Positions 26,252 to 38,127 are shown, counted from the stretch's first letter. The stretch: DNA of 64,000 nucleotides from Leptogorgia sarmentosa (GCA_964658305.1 OZ210885.1:7254001-7318000); one strand, 5' to 3'. Notes: generated by a model from the letters alone, not told the origin. Program-made: numbers and translations.

Positions 26252-27825
26252 CAGGAAATGAAGACGAATTTGATACATAGTGGCTTGGATGAGCAATCCG
26301 CTGGACAAAAAGCTTACTTTGAAACAGGGCCGGATCTAGGATTTTTCGTACGTTAGTCAAAATTCTGTGACGTCATATGTCCTGATGACGTAAGTGATGA
26401 CGTCATGACAGTAGTTCATATATGATCAAGCAACAGGCGCAGATAATAATATGCTACCACGCGCGCGTAAATTGCGTAAGTTATGCAAATGACAGAGCAC
26501 GCTTTAACATAAAGCACATTCTTTAGTTTCTCCATTTTCCATAATTCAACCATGCTCTCTAAGTATATATATCGGTAATTTGCTGTTCAGCCACCTGCGA
26601 ATTAAACTGTGTGATAAATATTTTCGTAATTTATATCCAACGCTGTCAAATGTCCGCTAGTCGACCTTGAGGTGTTCATAGACTTCACCTCAAAAGATCA
26701 AATTTAGAAGACAAAGGTGTCTTCGAATATATCTTGCATAAAGTGTTTCAGACCAAAGATACATTACTTATCAAAGCTGCTATTAGCAACCTGAAGGCTG
26801 AGTTTTAATACGATTCAACGATTACTCGATTAGTATAATATAAACACATAAGTATTTATATGTAATTATGAACGCAGTTTAACCTTTCAATCGAACGATT
26901 TGTTAAAATGCTAACGGCATTACCTTATTATCGCCATATATATACATACATCTCTTGGTCTGTTGAGATATAAAGGAAATCTACGCCGAAACTCATCCGA
27001 TGCACGCGAAATCAACATTTCAGCGGCTGCGAAATCCTAACATTTTCAATTCGAAAATTTATGTTGTTAACTTGTTATTGTATTGATATGAGATATCAAC
27101 AATGTTACACGAAGCCAATCAGAGGAGGCGTTCTTTACCTTACTTTGCGCAAAATAATCCAATCACAACCCTCCATCTAACTGCTGGATTAGTCAAAAAA
27201 TCCACGTGCTTTAGTCAAAATTTCGCAATGATTAGTCAAAATCTTTTTGACCAATCAACACGCCTGTAATGTGTGGCTAGAGCAAATTGGACAAATCAAA
27301 TTACATGATCTAAAACGCAGATTAGTCAATTCTCATTCGAATACCGCTTATTTGACTAATCGGTTGACTAATCAATCGCTGGCTCAAAATGTGCAAAAAC
27401 TGATCGAAGATGAACGCTGGAGTGTGATGGATTTTGATTGCGTATTGCGTAATTGAAATTTGAGAAGAGTTTCAATCAGTCGGAAAATAATTTCGAAACC
27501 TTGGTCCAAATTTTTCCCCCATGCCTTTGTTTTTACGTTAGTCGCGTGACTAATCTGACTACCCCTAGATCCGCCCCTGCTTTGAAATCCTGCCTAGGCT
27601 CCAAAATGAGCTGGAAAGTATCTATATGGATCGTCTTTCGTGGATGAAACAACTAAAGAATGATCCAGTGCATAAGAAAATAATGCAAACAAAAGATGCC
27701 TTTGTGAACGACGATAATTTTGATCCCGAAGAAGCTATTCAAGCAGCTTTTCATAACAGAAAATCTCATCAAAAAGCTGTTAAATGATTACGCCTTTACA
27801 GGGGACAGCGATGATGAAGACCATT
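26252..27825 (+). pseudogene. Coding relic split by the hAT insertion (possibly Polinton-associated)
   Basis: Removing the element and one TSD restores one frame: QEMKTNLIHSGLDEQSAGQKAYFEILPRLQNELESIYMDRLSWMKQLKNDPVHKKIMQTKDAFVNDDNFDPEEAIQAAFHNRK, then a frameshift to LIKKLLNDYAFTGDSDDED. Confidence 0.6.
26325..27579. mobile_element. Non-autonomous hAT-type element
   Basis: TIR cagggccggatctagg/cctagatccgcccctg; perfect 8-bp TSD CTTTGAAA; subterminal ttagtca/tgactaa repeats. Confidence 0.9.
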
Positions 27826-29078
27826 TAACAATTAGATTACGAGGTCGAGATTTCTATGCGGTGATAGTTGATGAGGGCGAAGCCGAATCAACTATATCAT
27901 CTCGTAGAAATCGAGAGCGAGTAATCTAATTGTTTTAGTAGAATCAGAGATCAAACATGAAAATATTGCAAAAAATAATTTAAAAACGCGTCTCAGAAGA
28001 CATTTTCTTGAACAAAAATTCACATATTTTGCTACTCGCTATCTATCGAGGAATAGATATCGAGTAGAGTAGCCAATCAAATTGCAGCATTTGCAATAGT
28101 ATACGAGTATGATTCTACTAATAAATATTAGATATCGATTTCCTAGAATGTATCTGTAAACTAAAATTCGCCATATGACTTGTAAAAGTACATGAACAAT
28201 GTTTTTATGATTAACCTTAACTTTTTGGTCGATTTTGGTTACTTTTTCAACAATTGAAAAACACCTCAAATATCAATGCAAACCACTTCAAAGTGTTTTT
28301 AAACGCATTTGGAGTGTTTTTAAATGACTAAGTGATTTTAAAAAAGTTGGAAAGTCCCCAAAATCGACCAAAAAGTAAAGGGGTTAATAAACTTGTCGCT
28401 AGAACATTAAGTCCCATTCGTTATTTCCCGGGTTATTGCCGCCATAACATACTATCACAACTAGTAAATTCATTAAACCCCTTGCATACTAATTACTTCC
28501 AGTGGTAAAGTTTTGCATACTAATTACTTACCTCGCCGGATGTACCCTGTAACCTACTCACAAAAGCGGTTAAAATGAGGTCACACACTTGATGCAGTAA
28601 CACAGACAACTCGTTAAAACAAGAAAACCATAATTTTAAACCGTATTTAGTTTATTCGATTGATACATAATATCAAATATATTTACTTTTATATTTACGC
28701 ATTTATTTGAAGGTGTTTGTTCCATTTGTTCCCGCCGTCCATAATATGGTAATATTGCCCTTCCCAATTTAAAACAATAATTCACTTTAATCAAATCCGT
28801 CCAGGGGATCGCTGTTTAATCTATTTTAATCAACTCAAGGGACGATATCATTCAATTCATTCAATACTTTTATATATAAGGCAGTGGACAGCTTGAAGCT
28901 TCAGTAGGCTTGGGTTCCTTGTCAAGATTGTTTACATGCATGATGGGCGAATGGCGACTCATAGATTCTCACTTGGATTATAATTATATGTATTATACTA
29001 AAACAAATGCATTCTGTATCTCTTGCAGTTGTAGTTTCATGAATTTTCACCATTGGGAAAATTGACTCGTGCAACGTT

Positions 29079-30236
29079 ATGGCCATCTCAAAACCCACTA
29101 GAAATTGCATTTTTTTCTACATTTTCCTGATACTCGTCGTTGTCAGCGGAACATTAGTGGTGTATTTCAAAGAAGGCAATTTCTTCATTAAAAGCAGTGT
29201 TCTGAAAATATTTCCACCTGCATTGCCACACGCAGCTGTTGCCAATGATTCACATAAACAAGACGAGAAAATCGTTCTGTTGTTTTGGTCCAAATTGTGG
29301 AAGAAACCAGCATCAAGAGCCGAGGGAGTTTGGGGGAAAGGTAACGAGCGCGGTCAATGTCCAGTGGCGTGTGAAGTTACAGCAAATCGTTCCCGTATCA
29401 AAGAAGCTAAAGCTTTTATTGTTCATGCAAGAGATCCAAAACCATTACCCCCGTCTAAGCATATTCCTTGGGTTCTTACTACTCTTGAAAATCCTGTTTA
29501 CACCGGGGTATTAAAGGATCCAAAATACATGTCACAGTTTCATTTACTAAGAAGTTATCGACTGGATTCCGATTTTCCAACACCTCTATTCAAAAAACCA
29601 AATCTAGAACCCCCAATTGCTTTTGAAAACAAAACTGGAGGTATTATGGCCGCTTTCAGTCACTGCGAACGAGTGAGAACGGCCTACCTGAGAGAATTGA
29701 TGAAATATATTAAAGTCCACTCCTATGGTGCCTGTTTACACAACAAAAATGGTTTAGCAAAGCGCTACAGTACTAATTTTAAAGAAGTTAAAAAAAATCT
29801 TGAACGGTCCTATAAATTTATTATCGTATTCTTTAACCAAGATTGTGATTATTTCGTTGACGATCAAATTCTTCATGCATTGAATGCTGGTGCAGTACCG
29901 GTAGTCATGAGTACAGATAAAATTTACGAATTCTTGCCAGGAAACCTAAAGAATGCTATTGTGAATGTTAGAGATTTCAAGTCCCCAAAGGATTTGGCTG
30001 ATCGCCTCAGATTCCTAATGAACAATAAGACGGAGTACAATAAATTTTTGGAATGGAAAACGAAAGGTCTGGGTGATATAAATAACACAATTATAGGACA
30101 ATATTGGGACAGAAAATTTGGTCACTGGTGTCAAATTTGTGAGGCAATAGCTGAAGGAAAATGGCATAAGGAGGGTCTTAAAGCAATTTATTGCAAAGCA
30201 AGAGATTACAAAGACTGGGGGGTTAGAGCGGGGTAA
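29079..30236 (+). CDS. GT10-family alpha-1,3-fucosyltransferase-like type II membrane protein
   Basis: 385-aa intact ORF; N-terminal TM anchor; CEVT..R, FIVH, LENP, SYRLDSDF, S-HC..VR..Y..EL.KYI.V..YG.C, YKF...ALNAGAVPVV, and C..C near the C-terminus. Confidence 0.9.
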   Translation: MAISKPTRNCIFFYIFLILVVVSGTLVVYFKEGNFFIKSSVLKIFPPALPHAAVANDSHKQDEKIVLLFWSKLWKKPASRAEGVWGKGNERGQCPVACEVTANRSRIKEAKAFIVHARDPKPLPPSKHIPWVLTTLENPVYTGVLKDPKYMSQFHLLRSYRLDSDFPTPLFKKPNLEPPIAFENKTGGIMAAFSHCERVRTAYLRELMKYIKVHSYGACLHNKNGLAKRYSTNFKEVKKNLERSYKFIIVFFNQDCDYFVDDQILHALNAGAVPVVMSTDKIYEFLPGNLKNAIVNVRDFKSPKDLADRLRFLMNNKTEYNKFLEWKTKGLGDINNTIIGQYWDRKFGHWCQICEAIAEGKWHKEGLKAIYCKARDYKDWGVRAG

Positions 30237-31156
30237 AAAACAGTTAGGGGTATAGTGATGAGGGATAGCATTCGTGGGACCAAAACACTAATCTGTAAAT
30301 TACTATAGCACTGACAGATTAGATTTGAAAAATTTCCAAGTCACATTTTTCAAATCGAACGTTCTCAAATTTGTCGAAACCAAACATCTGAAAGTGACTG
30401 AGAAGTTTTAGATTGGCAATTCTACGTCTTGAATGAACACCACACACTGAAATTAACTACATCACTCACCCTTGCACCATGAAAACTAGAAAATCTACGA
30501 GTTCCTAAATGTTCCATGATATGTCAACCTTACTTAGCCAAATTTCAATAGAGATGTGTCAATGTTTGAAATGTTCAATTTCTTTCTTTATTTCTTACAA
30601 TGAAATGCATGATGTATTATGATAACCGATTTTGAAACATTGATATATTTTCTTGTTAATTGATACCATATTTTTAGCCTGTACGAACCTTAGAGATAAT
30701 AAAAACTACCAAAAGTTGAGTTTTACAGGAACTATATTTACAGTAAAAAATAAACAACTTCAGCAATAACATCAAACTAAGCTAAGCTATGAAGATTAAC
30801 AACTTTATGTAGAAAACGAGCATGGGATTTTTTGTTCGATGTCAAAAATTGAATAACCAGTAACTCCATTAACAAACGCGATTACTTCTAGGCCTTAAGG
30901 CCAGATTCCACGACGGCGAAATATTTCGCGAGAAATTGTGCCTGCGAAATGCGGATGGTTGCACATGAACGATTCTATTGAATTCTACCACATTTTTCGC
31001 TTTCGCAGTGAGTACTACTGCTGACGTCTGTTTCACTAAAAAAAATTCTTTAGAAAATTGGCGTCTATTCACATTTCATAATATCGCAAGAATTCACTTC
31101 GAAATATGTTTTTACACGATTTACAAAAACTTATTTTACCAACATTTATCCTCATA

Positions 31157-31238
31157 GACTCATCAGAGAATTGAACTCTGCACCCCTGGTTTACGAAACC
31201 TGTACTCCCTGTACTCTATACCCCTGAGCTAATGAGGC
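31157..31238 (-). pseudogene. tRNA-Thr(CGT) pseudogene
   Basis: GCCTCATTAGCTCAGGGG start, TTCGTAA loop; duplication in the D/anticodon region and damaged 3' acceptor strand. Confidence 0.65.
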
Positions 31239-31402
31239 GACCAGCAGGTGAAACCTTCTAAGATGCTATATCGTACATAAGGCTCTTTGATTAGGTTATT
31301 TATTTATTTTTATTTAATCAGTCTCCACATCTTGGATATACCTCATGCAACATATTCGTGGCAATTGTCTCCACCGTGCTTCAAAGAAATCGAGAAAAAT
31401 TG

Positions 31403-31487
31403 AGCCTCATCAGAGATTTGAACTCTGGACCCCTGGTTTACTAGCTGTTTTACTAGACAAGTGCTCTAACCCCTAAGCTAATGAGGC
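31403..31487 (-). pseudogene. tRNA-Thr(AGT) pseudogene
   Basis: Paired acceptor GCCTCAT/ATGAGGC; 12-nt tandem duplication in the anticodon arm. Confidence 0.7.
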
Positions 31488-31798
31488 ACGTTGTCAACTC
31501 CCTGTTGCTTTCACAAGCTTGCCGTTGAATTTTATTACCTAATTTACCTTTGCTATTCTTCACTAATTCATTCATATTGCAAAATGATTAAAATTCAGAT
31601 TATATGTCCTGGTTTTCTACCTTTGACAAACGATTACTCCAGATTCGATAAGTCTGTAAGAAGTTCCTCACTTCCTGTTACAAGTTCCCCGCTTATTGAC
31701 TTCCTGTGTGAAAGTTGTAACTTAAAACCACGAAATAGCACCACAAATTTCGAACAATAATTATCTAAACTGAATTATATTATTTTGCGCGTAGGTCA

Positions 31799-31871
31799 GT
31801 TTCCGTAGTGTAGTGGTTATCATCTGCGCTTAACATGCGCAAGGTCCTCAGTTCGAACCTGGGCGGAAACA
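31799..31871 (+). tRNA. tRNA-Val(AAC)
   Basis: GTTTCCGTAGTGTAGTGG...TGCGC TTAACAT GCGCA...GTTCGAACC...CGGAAACA; downstream T6. Confidence 0.9.
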
Positions 31872-32002
31872 TTCATATGAGCTTTTTTAACTGCAGATAT
31901 TTTTTTCTATGGAATTTTTCGGAAACATATTCTTGGTGATATCGAATTTGTGTAAATAGATCAGCTCTGAAAAGAAATGTTCTCAATTTTTTGTAAATTT
32001 GT

Positions 32003-32126
32003 TGTCAGGAGTGGGATTCGAACCCACGACCACATGTGTGGACCAGAACGCCCTATTATGTCAAGGTTGATCGTGACAAGTTTTTGCACTTGAGTCTGGC
32101 ACCTTAGACCGCTCGGCCATCCTGAC
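32003..32126 (-). tRNA. tRNA-Leu(CAA) with 40-nt intron
   Basis: GTCAGGATGGCCGAGCGG...CCAGA CTCAAG|intron|TTCTGG...GGTTCGAATCCCACTCCTGACA. Confidence 0.9.
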
Positions 32127-32304
32127 ACGCATGAAAACATAGAATTTCCTACCAAATTTATTCTTTGCTACCTTCAACATGCCACATCCCGTTCTGATTT
32201 TCTCTTAACAACTATTTTGTTACAATTTTTTCTATAATCCCAGTTAAAATCAAACGATTTAAAACCATTGGGAAATTTGAATGGTCACCGGAAATACTGT
32301 GTTT

Positions 32305-32960
32305 ATTTTATTGCTGCCGAGCGTAGCGAGGACACTATTCTTGACACGCGGTGATTTCCCCAGAGTCTACTCGACCCAGTCTTTCGCGCGAGTTATGTAT
32401 TGTCGATATCGAGATTTGTGTCTGTCTGTAAAGATGTTTGTTTCTGGGGGCATAATTAAGCTTCAGGGACGTTTGTTAAAGGAGGGGAGGGGTCAGAATA
32501 ATTAAGCTTCAGGGACGTAAACAAGATATTATATTGCGCACGCATCTCCATGTGCTTCAAAAATCGAAAGATTTTTACAAAAGCGTTTCATACGGATGCA
32601 AGATTGTGCTAATGTTTTATGCGTTGTGGTTGGGTAATTTGGTATTTGTGCCGATCACACATCAATGACAGAAGCAATGTTCAGAATGCTAGCCCTAATA
32701 GACTGTTAGGGTTAGTGTTTACTATACTATTAGTAATAGTATAGTAAACACTAACCCTAACAGTAAACCTTCACCCTAACTAGCGTGCTGTTGCTTTTTA
32801 AAGAACGGGACATAAACACAATATGCGCACTGAATCGCATTTTTAATTATTATGTTGAGCTTGCGAATAAAAAACGAGATATAAACGTGTTAAAGTTAAT
32901 TGCTGCCGACCGAAGGGAGGCATCATACTATTCTTGCGGTGGTAACTTGTGTCCAGACCT
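32305..32960 (+). mobile_element. Helentron/DINE-like non-autonomous element heads (two, near 32305 and 32898)
   Basis: T-rich start then attgctgccga..gagg palindrome and (tgtc)n microsatellite; a candidate 3' end cggcagcac...cctagttt lies near 35194-35230. Confidence 0.4.
32702..32764. repeat. Perfect palindrome, 31-bp arms with 1-nt spacer, containing TTAGGG/CCCTAA
   Basis: ACTGTTAGGGTTAGTGTTTACTATACTATTA-G-TAATAGTATAGTAAACACTAACCCTAACAGT. Confidence 0.95.
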
Positions 32961-33296
32961 CTCCACGGAGTTCTGCATGTTAGTCGTCCAAAATCGAGAT
33001 TTGTTTCGTGACGTAGGCAATTTTATGACGTAAATCGAGAGATCAGCGGGTACTGGACAGACCAACTGACGAGGACTATTTTTGGATGTTTTCGAAATTC
33101 CTAGCTGTTCGAAGTTTTGCTCATTTGCTGGCCGACATCGCCATCGCAATTCGTAAATAGCGGGCAAACTCAGATGTGTGACACAGTAGAACTCGTCACA
33201 ACAAGATAGCCATAATTTTAAATCGGTTGATGATAGGCAACATATTTGCGTGCTTTCGCATTTATAGCTTTCGTGTTTGTTTTCGCCATCTCCGAC

Positions 33297-34282
33297 GCAA
33301 TTATCCGTTTCGTAAACCGCCAGGGTCACCAGTTACAATCAGTGTCACCACTTCTAACATACGTCACATCCGGCTTTAAATTTAGTAATACACCAGGTGA
33401 TCTCGATACACGGAAAAAGACTGGGACTAGCTGTCAAATAGAAATCCATTTTTCGACCGAAACAACTGAATATCTCTCATAATATACTTTATTTCGATTC
33501 CATATTTTTGTCAGAGCTATAGTTCTCATAACCAAACATAATTACAAAATTTCAAGTAGTTTCGTACAGAATAACGAAAGATATAATCGTGTGAATATAG
33601 CAAAATGGATTTCTATTCGGGCAACCCTTTCTGAGCGCTGATTGGCTGAAACACGAATACGAGATCATCTGGCATGAAGTCCATTTATTCTTATAAATAG
33701 CCGCTTTTTAGCGGATTTTTAGCGAGCAAATTACACGCCTAAAAAAAATTTTGAGCCCACTGTCAACAGCATTGAACAATGTTGTGCTGCTGTGCTGCCG
33801 ATATTGTTCACGCTTGTTAACAATGTTGAACAATGTTGTTGAGACTGAATCGGGTGTAACAATATTGCATCAATGTTGTTGACAACTGCGAACAATGTGG
33901 GCAGCACAACATTGTTCAATCCTGTTTCATCAATGTTGCATCATGAGCGTTTTTATCCGTGTACGAGCGTGTTTGGTATGGGTGCTGTACTCGACGTAGC
34001 TTAAGCGGAGCCGGGCGAAGGTTGCTTTCACTTGCATAACTCCCGATTTGTTTCTTTTTGGAAAAATTTGAAAACATTTTTTTAAAACCCTAAACTGCTT
34101 TAAGTGTTTAGAGTTTGACTGTTATAAGGTTAGGGTTAGGTTTAGCGTTTGGGTTTAGTTTAATTTATAAGAATAAATGGACTTCATGTATTACTAAATT
34201 TAAAGCCGGATGTGACGTATATTAAAAGTGGTGACACTGATTGTAACTGGTGACCCTGGCGGTTTACGAAACGGAAAATTGC
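33297..34282. mobile_element. MULE-type non-autonomous element
   Basis: About 95-bp TIRs (gcaattatccgtttcgtaaaccgccagggtc...); perfect 9-bp TSD ATCTCCGAC. Confidence 0.9.
33734..33961. mobile_element. Small MITE nested in the MULE
   Basis: TA|cacg...cgtg|TA; internal inverted aacaatgttgtgctgc/gcagcacaacattgtt. Confidence 0.7.
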
Positions 34283-35493
34283 ATCTCCGACTCTTCGTCG
34301 CCTCGCGGTATTGCCATTCATTTACTAATGTACTCCTGATGCAAAAGAATGATTTACTACAATTAAACTCAGCCGGTTGCTCTTTGTTGCTTTGTAATGC
34401 GACTACAGTATATGACTCGACAACACTGGTATGAAAAGAGTCGACGGCATCACTAAGCTTGAGTTGTTTGTTTACGGGACATACCGGGGATTTACAGAAT
34501 TTTCGATACTAAAAGAACTAAACCACATATAGGAATACAAAAGTAAATCCAACGTTGGCCTGATACTGTAAGTAAACTGGATATTTTATTACGACGCAGA
34601 AGTAGCGCGCACTTTATGATTTAACTCATTTAAAATCATTTGTTCAGCACAATGTATATATTATAATTTTAATAAGGTCAGATGTCAGAGATTTATCTGA
34701 TTTGCTTTTAACACGCGCGCTGCTGCGATTGCCAGTTGCTCCTGACAATAAAATAGTGATTACTTTCTCGTATCACGTCCGCAATGTTTCCTTAGTTTTC
34801 TTTTAAAAAATATGATTTTAGTGTTAATATACTGTTTGCTTCCGGTGATTCCGATGAGTCTGCTGTTGACGCGTTTGGCAAGGGCGCTGCGTGCGAAAAA
34901 CCTGAGCGAGGTCTGGCGGCCACTGAGCCACAGATTAAGACTCTTAATCTGTGACTGAGCTAATGAATCACAGTCTTTCTTTAACTCAGTGGGTCTGGCA
35001 CGGTTTTGTTTTTGTTGAAAGATCACTCACTTTCCTAAAAACTTCCGAAGACATTCTTTGATTTTTTCTCACTCTCTCGAATTGTTTTTAGTGGTTAGGG
35101 TTAGGATGCTACGGTTAGGGTTAGATTTATGGTTTGGGACTTGTTTATTTTGTGAAAATTACGTGCCAAAGTAAGTGGGTGCTTCAGTGGATACGGCAGC
35201 ACTTTCCTTGCGATAGTAACTCCTAGTTTTTGTATTATGTTGCTAACGTTTTGGCCGGTGAAATTGAGGGTTTGCCATACATTTCGTGTAGTGTAAAAGC
35301 GATATATACTCGTTTATAAAAGCTCTTTAACGGGTAAAATGATAAAGAAGTGAAAAATTCAAGAATGTAGAATTTTACTATTTTTACCGTTATGGATGAA
35401 ATCGTGAGTTTTTCCAAAATATGGATAAGAAGCGTCAGCGTGTGAAACTTATGTGAGCTGAATCAACCACAACGTCGATGAACAACGAAAATT

Positions 35494-35575
35494 TGGCAGC
35501 GGTGGGATTCGAACCCAGGTCATCGAAATGACTGGTGCCTTAAACCAGCGCCTTAGGCCACTCGGCCACATCGTT
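35494..35575 (-). pseudogene. tRNA-Leu(AAG), 5' acceptor strand damaged
   Basis: CTGGT TTAAGGC ACCAG; GGTTCGAATCCCACCGCTGCCA; lacks the GGTAGC start. Confidence 0.75.
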
Positions 35576-35649
35576 TAAAAAGATGCCTTTCTGTATCACA
35601 GAAATGAAGAAACGTTAAACAATTCGGAACATTTATATTATCGTGTTAA

Positions 35650-35713
35650 GGTTCTGTGGTGTAATGGTTAGCACTTTGGACTACCAACTATTCTACCACT
35701 GAACCACCAACGC
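35650..35713. pseudogene. Fused 5' halves of tRNA-Gln (+) and tRNA-Gly (-)
   Basis: ggttctgtggtgtaatggttagcactttggact abuts the reverse complement of gcgttggtggttcagtggtagaat. Confidence 0.75.
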
Positions 35714-35998
35714 AAAGTCTCCCAATTCTTACGTTATAATGTTCATATTCCCCAAGATGCCGAACATTTGCACCAAATATCTTCAAATAATAAATCAGAG
35801 TAAGTTTTTGGAAATTGTTTCACTTTAGACCTGATCAGCAAAATCATTTTTTTTTGTGCAAAAGGAAGATCATTTCAACAAAGAATTAAATACCAAAAAT
35901 ACAAAAAGAATGGGTAAGAGGGATAGAGCTAATATAATAGCAATGGTTTTGCTGATTTCTCTAATTGCATATTTTTTTTCCTTCTCTCGCAAGTGGTA

Positions 35999-36070
35999 TT
36001 CCCATGCCGGGAATCGAACCCGGGCCTTGGCGGTGAGAGCGCCAGATCCTGACCACTGGACTACATGGGA
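35999..36070 (-). tRNA. tRNA-Glu(CTC)
   Basis: TCCCATGTAGTCCAGTGG...GGCG CTCTCAC CGCC...GGTTCGATTCCCGGCATGGGAA. Confidence 0.9.
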
Positions 36071-36164
36071 GAAACATTTATCTTTTCTCGGAATGTGAAA
36101 ATAACGATAATATTTTTAATTTGAATTTCGCAGAAAATTTCGAGAGAGCGTGGCAAGAAGTGTT

Positions 36165-36237
36165 TGCCCTTGAAGTGAATTGAACACTTAACCTTCTTAT
36201 CTGGAGTCAGACGCGCTACCAATTGCGCCACAAGGTC
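36165..36237 (-). tRNA. tRNA-Trp(CCA), degenerate
   Basis: GACCTTGTGGCGCAATTGGTAGCGCG TCTGA CTCCAGA..., with stem mismatches. Confidence 0.65.
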
Positions 36238-36374
36238 GTAGCGCTGTTAAAATGGTTTGGGTTCAGAGAACGCGTTTGTGAACGAGTTTGAGAATGTGAA
36301 CACAAGCTACTTTAAATTTAAATTTTCGGAAAATATTTTTTTTGATATTTTTTTTCCTTCTCTCGCAAGTATTA

Positions 36375-36446
36375 TTCCCACGCCGGGAATCGAACCCGGG
36401 CCATGGCGGTGAAAACGCCAAATCCTAACCACTAGACCACATGGGA
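36375..36446 (-). tRNA. tRNA-Glu(TTC)
   Basis: TCCCATGTGGTCTAGTGG...GGCG TTTTCAC CGCC...GGTTCGATTCCC. Confidence 0.9.
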
Positions 36447-36536
36447 GTGATAACTTGTTGACTATTCCTGTGTTACAAAGCCAGTTTGTTTCTCGTGTTG
36501 AAGTTGTAATTGAAATGCAACAAAATGAAAATAATC

Positions 36537-36607
36537 TGCGTTAGCGGGGAATCGAACCCCAGTCTCCCGCGTGGCAGGCAAGAATTCTACTACAGAGCCA
36601 CCAACGC
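36537..36607 (-). tRNA. tRNA-Gly(GCC), degenerate
   Basis: GCGTTGG...CTGCCAC loop...GGTTCGATTCCC...AACGCA; D arm mutated. Confidence 0.65.
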
Positions 36608-36633
36608 AAAGTTGCCCAATTGCCAGAAGTGTT

Positions 36634-36698
36634 TGTCCTTGAAGTGAATTGAACACTTAACCAGCTGATCTGGAGTCTACGCGCTACCAATTGCGCCA
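36634..36698 (-). pseudogene. tRNA-Trp(CCA) truncated pseudogene
   Basis: Copy of 36165-36237 lacking the 5' acceptor strand. Confidence 0.7.
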
Positions 36699-37322
36699 TC
36701 AGAAAATTTTTGGGATCATTTCGCGGCTTGGTTACTAAGCATTCATTTACTTTATTATGTTGTATTGCAAAATCTATTCATACAAAAGGTTTTTACAGGC
36801 AATTTTGTCGAGCTTCGTTAGCTCAGGAGTTACGGTCCCGACTCGCCAGTAGCGACCCTATTGTGCAAGTTAGCGACCCTAACGTGCAAGTTTCGGCAGA
36901 GCCTATTTTTGAATATTTTTGAATGCAGCGATTTTTATTGCCTTCCCCTTCCACCATCCATGTTGCAATTAAGAGTTAATCGAATCAAATTGATCCAAGA
37001 GAGAGATTAATGACAAGTTGAACTTGTTATTTTAGGTACTAAAGAGATACTAAGGGATAGAAACCAATGCAAAAGCAATGACCAAATCGTTTTTCCAATA
37101 TTACGGAAATTCGTAGGTTTTTCAGCCAATCGAATAGTTTTTCCTTAGTTCGAATTAGATATTTATTAATCGTGTCAGCAAGCAAACGAGGGTAAAATTA
37201 GAATATATTAATTTTACTTTCTTCCGTTGTGGGTTGAATTATGAATTTTTACAAATAATAGAAAAGAAGTATTACGTTTTAAAACTAATATCAGCTCAAT
37301 ACAGCCATGAACAACGAAAATT

Positions 37323-37404
37323 TGGCAGCGGTGGGATTCGAAACCACGTCATCGAAATGACTGGTGCCTAAAACCAGCGCCTTAGACCACTCGGCCACGC
37401 TACC
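37323..37404 (-). tRNA. tRNA-Leu(TAG)
   Basis: GGTAGCGTGGCCGAGTGG...CTGGT TTTAGGC ACCAG...; one T-stem substitution. Confidence 0.8.
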
Positions 37405-37517
37405 TTCAACCTGCTAATTATGTGACTCCCATTTAGTAAATATCCACGTCTTTTGAAGAGATGCCTTTTGCTGTCAAAAAACGAAGAAACGTTAAACAAT
37501 TGCCACGATCGTGTTAA

Positions 37518-37589
37518 GGTTCTGTGTTTTAATGGCTGGCACTTTGGACTCTGGATTCTGCGCTGCGAGTTCACGTCTGCGCCGAACAT
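37518..37589 (+). pseudogene. tRNA-Gln(CTG) pseudogene
   Basis: Degenerate copy of 38128-38199 with a CTCTGGA loop. Confidence 0.65.
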
Positions 37590-37917
37590 AGATTGAACAG
37601 GATATTGGAAACTTTGTACAAGTAGCGAATTTTCTACATTTCTCTTGTGCTGTCCATTTTGGATCTCATAGTTAGTTGGAAAAAATATTGAGGAAGAACA
37701 ATGATATAATGCGAAGGTGAACTTCGTATTTTAGTTACAATTAAGAAGGAGTGAAAAGTATCGAGAATTTTGAAACCAATGCGAAAAGTCTGTTCATGAT
37801 GAAAAAGTTTGGGGGAATCAAATAATTTTGCAGAAAAAAAGGTGAATTCAGAAAATATTAATTTTGAGTTTTCCCAAAACATGGATAAGAAACGTGAACT
37901 TACGCACAACGAAAATT

Positions 37918-37999
37918 TGGCAGCGGTGGGATTCGAACCCACGTCATCGAAATGACTGGTGCCTGAAACCAGCGCCTTAGACCACTCGGCCACGCTACC
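37918..37999 (-). tRNA. tRNA-Leu(CAG) in a GGTAGCG-type body
   Basis: Intact cloverleaf; CTGGT TTCAGGC ACCAG. Confidence 0.85.
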
Positions 38000-38127
38000 T
38001 GTGACTTGTTGCATACATGATTCGTGTTCAGAAAATATCCACGTCCGCCATTGAAGAGTGTTCCTTTTGCTGTGAAAGAAAGGAAGAAACGTTAAAGAAT
38101 TGGGAAACTTTGTACAGATTGTGTTAA

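Noticed and set aside
31403..31487. Intron-containing tRNA-Thr
   Set aside because: The extra 12 nt are a tandem duplication of the anticodon arm
37918..37999. Opal suppressor or Sec tRNA (TCA in loop)
   Set aside because: The 7-nt loop TTCAGGC puts CAG at positions 34-36, so it is Leu
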